NCBI GenBank assembly: GCA_035528035.1
Contig: DATKZI010000043.1
Coordinates: 27,332-51,331 of the forward strand
Direction: 5' to 3'
Origin: Candidatus Bathyarchaeia archaeon
GTDB taxonomy: Archaea > Asgardarchaeota > Heimdallarchaeia > JABLTI01
DNA: 24,000 nucleotides
Positions 9,271-15,491 of the stretch are shown in pieces; position 1 is the stretch's first letter; each line of letters opens with the position of its first letter. The position numbers and the translations under genes are program-made. The notes beneath the pieces are model-generated. The model made no database searches. It had not been told where the DNA came from and saw nothing but the letters and a program-made list of their open reading frames with translations.

Positions 9271-10164
9271 TTAATGTTTTGTGTCAAGTAACCAGTCTTT
9301 GTTAAAAGCGCCAATATAACCAATGGTTAAGGTTTTACTACCAACAAAATTAGCCACTATTGAACCTGTTTCTTGAATAATGATTTTCTTTCCTTTGGGA
9401 TTATTTTCCTTCATATAGAAAGCAATTTGTTCAGCTGCTTCAGGCCAACGCGTGTGTCCTATGAAGAGATAATCACTTTCACCATTCAGATTTTTAAGAG
9501 CTAAAGAACCAAATTTTTTCATCTGCCTAATAATTAGTTCATCATCAGCGCGAATTTTACCTTGAACAGAGATTTGACCATCAACAAATTCTACAATAGG
9601 TTTTACTTTAAAGAAATCAGCTAAGAATTTTTTTGTTTTAGGAACTCTACCAGTTCTCACAAGATTTTCAAGAGTAAACATTATTCCGGCATAGTTAACT
9701 TGTGACAACCATTCAACGATTTTAGTGTTTATTTCATCAAAAGAATGACCATTTTGAGCCATGATTGCTGCCTCTAATACAACTGAAGCTAAGCCAACAC
9801 CTGTAACATTCGAGTTATAAATACTGATTTCTTTGTCTGGAAAATGTTGATTTACAACCACTTTAGCATTTGGAGCTATAGGGGAAAGATGATCAGATAA
9901 AAAAATACCAATTGCTGAATCTACTTTCTGTAAAGCACACTCAAAGCATTTATGAATAATTCCGGGGGAGGGAGTAGATGTTGTAGGAAGCTCATAAATA
10001 GCTCTTGAATAATATTCATCTAAAGTCAATTCACCATCCACACCACATGAACAAAAAACTTTGTCCGAAAAAATAACTTTGGTAGGAATGATGGTTATAT
10101 TATATTTTTTAATATACTCGATTGGTAAATCGCAAGTATCATCAGTTATTATAGCTATAGACAT
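9271..10164 (-). CDS. DegV family fatty-acid-binding protein
   Basis: The N-terminus MSIAIITDDTCDLPIEYIKKYNITIIPTKVIF and the 297-aa length are typical of DegV. An aaggaga box lies upstream of the ATG. Confidence 0.88.
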   Translation of the reverse strand: MSIAIITDDTCDLPIEYIKKYNITIIPTKVIFSDKVFCSCGVDGELTLDEYYSRAIYELPTTSTPSPGIIHKCFECALQKVDSAIGIFLSDHLSPIAPNAKVVVNQHFPDKEISIYNSNVTGVGLASVVLEAAIMAQNGHSFDEINTKIVEWLSQVNYAGIMFTLENLVRTGRVPKTKKFLADFFKVKPIVEFVDGQISVQGKIRADDELIIRQMKKFGSLALKNLNGESDYLFIGHTRWPEAAEQIAFYMKENNPKGKKIIIQETGSIVANFVGSKTLTIGYIGAFNKDWLLDTKH

Positions 10165-10350
10165 AATGAGTAATTCTCCTTATAGTTAGGAATAAATGGA
10201 AATTTGCACTTTCTAGGAAAGTGGAACAAAAACAAAATACATTTACTAGTATATTAAAATAATAGTTTGAATCATAAAATGAGTAAACTATAAAGAAAAA
10301 AAGTAACTTTATCATATACAAATAGCTTTTTAATTAAAAATGAAATTTCT

Positions 10351-11451
10351 TTGACTCATTGTATACTAATGGTGACATTTATGGTAGCTGTGAAAGCAAT
10401 ATCCTCTGATGAAGTATTTCAAGAATGGGTTAGTAAAGCTGATATCAATACTTTGAAAAAATTCTATGAAAGAAAGAAAGTAGATTTCAAGCGGGATCAC
10501 GTTTCTGCTGTCGAAACGGTTTACAATGTCTCTAAATTTATAGTGATTTATTTTGAGAAAAAAATTCCTGATACATTTACTGGAAACACTGAAGTAAAAG
10601 TAGAAAAAACAACTGTAGATGAATTAGATAGATACAAATTCTATGATTTTAAAAACAGGAGAGTTGATTTTGATCAGTGGAAGGAAAAATCAATTTCCGT
10701 TCCAACCATAAGCAGTTTGCAATCATCTGATTGTCCAAAATGCTATGGAACAGGTAAAACAAAATGCGAAACCTGTGGAGGCACCGTTACAATCAAATGT
10801 GATAAATGTGATGGCAGTGGAAGAATTGGTTGTAGTAGTTGTAAAGGTAATAGGACCTTAATTACAAGTATTGATGTATATGATGCAGAGAACAAAAAAA
10901 CCAAAACGGAGATTAAAATTCCTTGCCCTCAATGTTCACATACAGGAACCATTACATGTACAAAATGCAATGGAGCGAAAATAATCTATTGTAGAAATTG
11001 TACTGGAGGAGCAAATACTTGCAAGGTATGTAAGGGGTATGGCATAATTTACAATTTCAAATATGAACCTGTGCCTTTTATCACAAGTAAAAAGAGAGCC
11101 ATGGTTTTCTATAAAAAAGATGTCGAGAAATTTATTGACAAGAAAGAAGTTGAGCAACTTCTAAATTCTCGAGAGATAGAAGGAATAGCAATTCAAAATC
11201 CAGATGAATTGACTCAAACAAGATTACTACCTGAACTAAATTACTGGACTGCTGAAGCAGATAAAATATGTAATGAAGCGAGGAAAACTTACAAAGATTT
11301 AATGAAGAGCAAACAAATACAAACAAATCAAAAAATCATGGTTTTTCCTGCATTGCAATTACGCTGTAGAAGTGTAAAAGGAAAGAACTTTGAAGTTTTC
11401 GGAATTGGCACATCTGAAAGTTTTGTAGTTTTAGATGATGGTTTCAAATAG
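10351..11451 (+). CDS. Multi-zinc-finger protein with eight CxxC motifs (DnaJ-CR-like CxxCxGxG repeats) flanked by unassigned domains
   Basis: Block 1 is CPKCYGTGKTKCETCGGTVTIKCDKCDGSGRIGCSSCKGN. Block 2 is CPQCSHTGTITCTKCNGAKIIYCRNCTGGANTCKVCKGYG. The track start is TTG 10351; ATG 10369 and ATG 10381 (the latter preceded by ggtga) are alternatives. Confidence 0.8.
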   Translation: MTHCILMVTFMVAVKAISSDEVFQEWVSKADINTLKKFYERKKVDFKRDHVSAVETVYNVSKFIVIYFEKKIPDTFTGNTEVKVEKTTVDELDRYKFYDFKNRRVDFDQWKEKSISVPTISSLQSSDCPKCYGTGKTKCETCGGTVTIKCDKCDGSGRIGCSSCKGNRTLITSIDVYDAENKKTKTEIKIPCPQCSHTGTITCTKCNGAKIIYCRNCTGGANTCKVCKGYGIIYNFKYEPVPFITSKKRAMVFYKKDVEKFIDKKEVEQLLNSREIEGIAIQNPDELTQTRLLPELNYWTAEADKICNEARKTYKDLMKSKQIQTNQKIMVFPALQLRCRSVKGKNFEVFGIGTSESFVVLDDGFK

Positions 11452-11481
11452 AAATCATATTTTATTTACGATAGGATAATA

Positions 11482-11510
11482 AATTGGCTTTCTTTGAAGC
11501 AAAGCCAATT
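11482..11510. terminator. Perfect 10-bp hairpin between convergent genes
   Basis: aattggcttt (11482-11491) pairs with aaagccaatt (11501-11510) across a 9-nt loop, followed by gttttct. It lies between the stops at 11451 (+) and 11552 (-). Confidence 0.4.
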
Positions 11511-11551
11511 GTTTTCTAATTCAAAATATAAAACTGATGCTTATATAAAAC

Positions 11552-12625
11552 TCAAATATTAGAATCCTCGTCTGTTTTACTTTTGAAGACTTTATCCTTG
11601 AGTTCTTCACTTTTCTTGACTATACTGGAATAAATTTTATCTGTTTTTTCATCGAATGATTTTATCAAAGATTTAGATGTTTGACTTAAATTTTCCTTGA
11701 TACGTGAAGTGGCTTTTTTCTCAGGATTAGGCGTTACAGCTTCTATAAAAGTAATAGGAAGAGTATGGACATCACAAGGATAAGATCTATTTGGATTAGA
11801 AGCATAACCCTCATCCTTTAACCAAGTTTTGGCAGAATTATAAGCTTCATCAATTAAGAATTCTGATTTCGAGAAATCATGTGGTCCTACATTTACACAA
11901 TAAGGCGGTGGAATGATTATTAGCTCAACTTTATCTTTGTATAATTGAATATCAGTTGCTAATTGTCTATTAAGAAGAAAGATGAAACTACGTATGAGAA
12001 TTTCCATAACATTTTTTGGTTCTTGATCTGAAGATGGAACACCAATCGGAAAAACAACTATCCGACCAGCACCTAATCTAACAGCTGTAGAGATTGGCGC
12101 ATTGTTAATTATCCCACCATCAACCAATAATCGATCATTCATATGTAATGGAGGAAACACACCCGGAATTCCTGCGCTTGACATTAAAGCTTCTATTGCT
12201 AACCCTTTGTTAAAAACTACCTCTTCGCCACATTTGATATCAGTGCTAATAATATACAAGGGAATTTTAGTTTCTTCAATGCGTGTAAAAGGAAGATGTT
12301 CAGTAATTAATTTACGTAAATTTTTTGGTGAAACTAAGTGTAAACCAGAAGTTGTGAGATTTACTACAGGTGTAACTGGTGAAGGAGGAAAAACATCCCG
12401 CATTTTGATACTACGCCAAATTCGTTCAATAGCATTTACTCCCTCTAAAGTTGGATTATAGGCATACATTGCACCATTTAAACTTCCAACAGACGTACCT
12501 AAGACCATGTCAGCTTGAATATTGTGCTCTACAATAGCCCTTAGAGCACCAACTTCAACAGCGCCTAAACTAGCACCACCTGAGAAAACAAATGCTGTTT
12601 TTGAATTAAATGTATAACCTTCCAT
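11552..12625 (-). CDS. Patatin-like phospholipase
   Basis: Glycine-rich oxyanion motif FSGGASLG (res 14-21), nucleophile elbow G43-T-S45-V-G47, and catalytic Asp in LVD169GG. The Lys/Ser/Glu-rich C-terminal ~70 aa is unassigned. Confidence 0.9.
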   Translation of the reverse strand: MEGYTFNSKTAFVFSGGASLGAVEVGALRAIVEHNIQADMVLGTSVGSLNGAMYAYNPTLEGVNAIERIWRSIKMRDVFPPSPVTPVVNLTTSGLHLVSPKNLRKLITEHLPFTRIEETKIPLYIISTDIKCGEEVVFNKGLAIEALMSSAGIPGVFPPLHMNDRLLVDGGIINNAPISTAVRLGAGRIVVFPIGVPSSDQEPKNVMEILIRSFIFLLNRQLATDIQLYKDKVELIIIPPPYCVNVGPHDFSKSEFLIDEAYNSAKTWLKDEGYASNPNRSYPCDVHTLPITFIEAVTPNPEKKATSRIKENLSQTSKSLIKSFDEKTDKIYSSIVKKSEELKDKVFKSKTDEDSNI

Positions 12626-12816
12626 AAAGAGATAATATTATTTACTCATTTAATAAGTTCTTTATTTTATAGAAAATGGGCTGTGTAAGCATGATGCTTC
12701 TAAGCAAAAAACTAACAAGATTAGTATCATCATTAATTTGGCAATAAAAATAAGTAAGACAATAGAACAAAAAAATCAATTATAATAAAACGAAATAAAG
12801 ATAATAGAAAAGTAAA

Positions 12817-12847
12817 TGGTGGCCGGGAACGGATTTGAACCGCCGAC
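12817..12847 (-). repeat. Orphan copy of the tRNA-Pro 3' end (att-like direct repeat, distal copy)
   Basis: tggtggccgggaacggatttgaaccgccgac matches 14879-14909 at 30 of 31 positions in the same orientation. The single difference (12828 a vs 14890 g) corresponds to tRNA position 65. Confidence 0.85.
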
Positions 12848-12911
12848 AATTAAACTATAATATAATTGTTCTTTAAAAATAATTGAAAGTTAAAGAGCAT
12901 GTCAACAAATA

Positions 12912-13547
12912 TTATACGATGAGTTTATTTTTGTTTTTACTTATTATTTCTAAAATCTCTTGTACTATTTGAACAACTAATGTTGAAGGGTTGCTAGCTA
13001 GAGATAGTAGTTCAACCCCTAAATCGCTATGTTTCTTATTCAATTTAATAGCATTTTTCATAGCATTATTTCTGTTATTAACGAGAATATCAAAATAATC
13101 CTTCGACTTGGTATAATTCAAAATATTTTTGGTTAACTTTTCAAGTAAATCTTTTGTTGAAATTCTTTGGTCATAATAAATATAATGTAATAAATACCAT
13201 AATTCGAAACAGGGATTTGACAAACATAAATTAATGTTATTTTTTTGAGCTAATTTACTAGCGTCTGAAATATTTTGTAAAGTATTCTTATCAGCATCAA
13301 AAACACACCAGACTTGATCTCCATATTGGAAGTCAATACCATATTTTTGTATTTGACTTAAAGCAAATTTCACCAGATTTTTCGGATCAGTGACATTTGT
13401 TTTTGGCGTTAGAATCTCAAGTCCATTATTTCGAGCTCTATATCTTCCAAAATAGATCCTCTCGGTTTTTTGACCCTCGCAAATCAATAAGATTTTGGTG
13501 ATTTGTTTTCGAAGATTAGCTTTTCTGGAAGAATATCCTTTTGCCAT
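12912..13547 (-). CDS. RloB-like protein (Toprim-type acidic pattern), AbiLii-like
   Basis: N-terminal ILLICEGQKTERIYF, VWCVFD84AD86KN and SNPCFELWYLLH are present. The ATG at 13547-13545 directly abuts the upstream TAA at 13550-13548. Confidence 0.85.
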   Translation of the reverse strand: MAKGYSSRKANLRKQITKILLICEGQKTERIYFGRYRARNNGLEILTPKTNVTDPKNLVKFALSQIQKYGIDFQYGDQVWCVFDADKNTLQNISDASKLAQKNNINLCLSNPCFELWYLLHYIYYDQRISTKDLLEKLTKNILNYTKSKDYFDILVNNRNNAMKNAIKLNKKHSDLGVELLSLASNPSTLVVQIVQEILEIISKNKNKLIV

Positions 13548-14783
13548 TTAACCAAACCCATTTTCTTTTATGAAAGGTAAAGCACCATATCTTCCTGCTA
13601 GATATCCTCGCTCAATATCCTTATCCTTTCTGGGACTAAATTCTATTAAGGAATATAGTTCTGTACTACCTTTTTCTTCATTTTTTTCAGTGAACCATAT
13701 TTGATCTCTTCTGAATATTGTTTGATCTAACAAATTTGTATTATGTGTAGTAAATATCAGTTGGGCATTTGTTTTATTTTGAATTTTATTATGAAAGAGA
13801 TTGATTAGAAATAAATTTAATTTATGATGTAATTTTACCTCTAGTTCATCTATAACAAGAATCCGTCCATTTTCTAATGCGTCTAACCATAGACCAATTA
13901 GCGAAAACAACCTCTTCGTTCCCTCAGATTCCTCTGTAAAGTAATCAAAAACTACTCCTTTATGCGAGGTTTTAATATTGATTTCTTCTAATGACAAAGT
14001 TTTTGCTATATTAATAAAACTTTTAATTTCAGGTGGTAAAGATTCTGGGATTTTCTCTAATAACCTTAAATTTACCTCAATGTCTTCTAATGCTAAATCT
14101 GCTTCTGCTAATGCTTTTAATATTAGTTCTTTGTTCTTGGATTCCTTTTCAATAAAAGCAATGGTTGGTCTCTCAGATCCGATGGGTTGATATGGTCCAA
14201 TAAATTGCAATTGATTCTTAAACCAATCAAAGACAGGAAAAACTTCTTGATAATTCTCTTGTGTAGCTTTTGATAAATAGAGAGTATTCTCAAGTGTTCT
14301 TTCAGCTATGAAGTTTTGAATGGTTTTATCTCTAGTAAATTTAAATTCAGTATTTATTCTCTCAAAGAGTAATGCACGTCTGTTATTTTTATACCAATAC
14401 AGTGATTCTTCTAAAACTTTTATGCCATTAAAAGCAATTGTATAAGCATATTTAATCTCATTTTGAATAAAGATAATTTGAAATCTGGTTGGAATTTGTA
14501 AACAAGCTTTGTCTAATTTAAAGGGCTCATATTTTATACCTTGACCTTTTTGATGGTTATGAGAGTTTAATACAAGGGCTTTTAGAAAGTAAAAAGCCAT
14601 CAGAATATTACTTTTACCTGAAGCATTTGCTCCATAAATTACTGCACTTCGAAGTAGATTGTCAGATTTCAAAACAGAAGTGATTAAATTATCTTCCAAA
14701 GATAAATCCTTAGAAGCAATCATACTAAAAGTGACTTTATCTTTTATTGACCGATAATTTTCAATACTAAATTCAATTAACAA
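13548..14783 (-). CDS. AAA_15/AAA_21-type (ABC/SMC-like) ATPase, AbiLi-like
   Basis: N-terminal MLIEFSIENYRSI, Walker A G51ANASGKS58, Walker B-like ILVIDELEVKLHH, and FTTHN are present. The start is TTG with ggcggtg upstream. Confidence 0.9.
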   Translation of the reverse strand: MLIEFSIENYRSIKDKVTFSMIASKDLSLEDNLITSVLKSDNLLRSAVIYGANASGKSNILMAFYFLKALVLNSHNHQKGQGIKYEPFKLDKACLQIPTRFQIIFIQNEIKYAYTIAFNGIKVLEESLYWYKNNRRALLFERINTEFKFTRDKTIQNFIAERTLENTLYLSKATQENYQEVFPVFDWFKNQLQFIGPYQPIGSERPTIAFIEKESKNKELILKALAEADLALEDIEVNLRLLEKIPESLPPEIKSFINIAKTLSLEEINIKTSHKGVVFDYFTEESEGTKRLFSLIGLWLDALENGRILVIDELEVKLHHKLNLFLINLFHNKIQNKTNAQLIFTTHNTNLLDQTIFRRDQIWFTEKNEEKGSTELYSLIEFSPRKDKDIERGYLAGRYGALPFIKENGFG

Positions 14784-14878
14784 ATTAAAACACCGCCTAA
14801 GGACAAATTTTGTGGTTTTTTCACAAAAATTAAGATTAAAATAGTCACTGATACTATTTAAAGATTATGGAAAGAAAG

Positions 14879-14909
14879 TGGTGGCCGGGGACGGATTTGA
14901 ACCGCCGAC
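14879..14909 (-). repeat. Proximal copy of the 31-nt direct repeat, the functional 3' end of tRNA-Pro
   Basis: It covers the encoded CCA, discriminator A, the 3' acceptor strand, the whole T arm and 3 nt of the variable loop. Confidence 0.85.
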
Positions 14910-14917
14910 CACTTAGT

Positions 14918-14960
14918 AATCTGCTGGTGGGACTCATCCCGCTACTATTAGCTTTCCAGT
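14918..14960 (-). other. tRNA intron with canonical hBHBh' splice motif
   Basis: The central 4-bp helix pairs tRNA 32-35 (UUUG) with intron CAGA and includes one G-U. The two 3-nt bulges are G36-G37-A and U-U-A38. The outer helix is intron CUGG/CCAG. Confidence 0.8.
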
Positions 14961-15074
14961 CCCAAACCAAGTATCATACCGTGCTAGACTACCCGGCCTT
15001 CTCTTGTGCTTTGCTAAGCATTCTTTTTTGAGTTTTTTCTGATTTTTGAATCTTTCGTTAGCTTGCTGATAATC

Positions 15075-15287
15075 TTATTCGTCATCTAAACCTTTATCCA
15101 ACCATGTGCTATTCATATGATGTTTTTGACTGATAGGACATCTTACAAAATATTTAACACGATTTGAATATACTTCGTCACTTTCTATTAATTCTACACA
15201 ATCTATACAATAGTATTTTTCACAATCAAAACACCATTGTAAATTTTTCTCTTTCCCACATTTCGCACATTTTTCTTTTAATGCCAT
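15075..15287 (-). CDS. Small cysteine-rich zinc-binding protein (B-box-like or cross-brace spacing)
   Basis: 70 aa with C7-x2-C10-x8-C19-x2-C22-x4-C27-x2-C30, then C50 and H56/H57. Confidence 0.6.
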   Translation of the reverse strand: MALKEKCAKCGKEKNLQWCFDCEKYYCIDCVELIESDEVYSNRVKYFVRCPISQKHHMNSTWLDKGLDDE

Positions 15288-15491
15288 TATTATCAGATTC
15301 CTTAATTACGATATTTTATTTTAAATACTTTATTAGAATCTAAAAATGCAAGAACTCTCCAAGGTAATTCGCGAATGGAACCTAAATTAAATTATTTTTT
15401 CACCAAAAGTCAATATATTCTAACTTTTCATCTTATAGAAAAACTTTTATTTTTTGAATTTGTTTTTTATTTGATTTAGGGGTTTTATATT

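Larger units (their letters stand above)
12817..14909 (-). mobile_element. Putative integrated cassette or remnant at tRNA-Pro, bounded by 31-nt direct repeats and carrying only the ATPase and RloB-like genes
   Basis: Direct repeats of the tRNA 3' end lie 2062 bp apart. The interior holds two genes and short flanks. No integrase, transposase or recombinase-like ORF is present in any frame. Confidence 0.55.
14879..14998 (-). tRNA. tRNA-Pro (anticodon UGG) with a 43-nt intron at 37/38 and genomically encoded CCA
   Basis: Folded by hand. Acceptor GGCCGGG/CCCGGCC (7 bp); U8, G10, A14, G18G19, A21; D stem of 3 bp plus U13-U22. Anticodon stem CTTGG/CTAAG with loop TT-TGG-G...A. T arm GGCGG-TTCAAAT-CCGTC. 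Mature length is 77 nt including CCA. Confidence 0.9.

Noticed and set aside
12817-12847. Could the orphan tRNA fragment be a split-tRNA 3' half gene, as in Nanoarchaeota?
   Set aside because: A 3' half would have to begin at position 38 and include the 3' anticodon stem. This fragment starts only in the variable loop and has no complementary leader, and a complete tRNA-Pro sits 2 kb away. An att-type duplication fits better.
10936-14190. Antisense ORFs 10936..11157, 11132..11326, 12102..12461 and 13978..14190
   Set aside because: They lie opposite the zinc-finger, patatin and ATPase genes, all of which have strong motif support. None has a motif of its own.
12912-14783. Is the ATPase/RloB pair part of a type I restriction-modification locus, where rlo genes were first named?
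   Set aside because: No hsdR, hsdM or hsdS-like genes are present anywhere in the window. The only methyltransferases are a small-molecule or protein-type class I enzyme and an RNA m5C enzyme, both distant and unrelated.
12848-14878. Integrase, split SSV-type integrase halves, or a transposase inside or at the edges of the cassette
   Set aside because: I looked in all frames. The only ORFs of meaningful length are the ATPase and the RloB-like gene, and the flanks (12848-12911 and 14784-14878) are too short to encode anything. The element is therefore reported as integrase-less, not as a complete mobile element.
14999-15074. TATA-box/BRE promoter call for the tRNA gene
   Set aside because: Only a weak A-rich stretch (aaaaaagaat on the - strand, about -31 to -22) is present. 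In DNA this AT-rich I cannot separate a real TATA box from background, so I report no promoter features.
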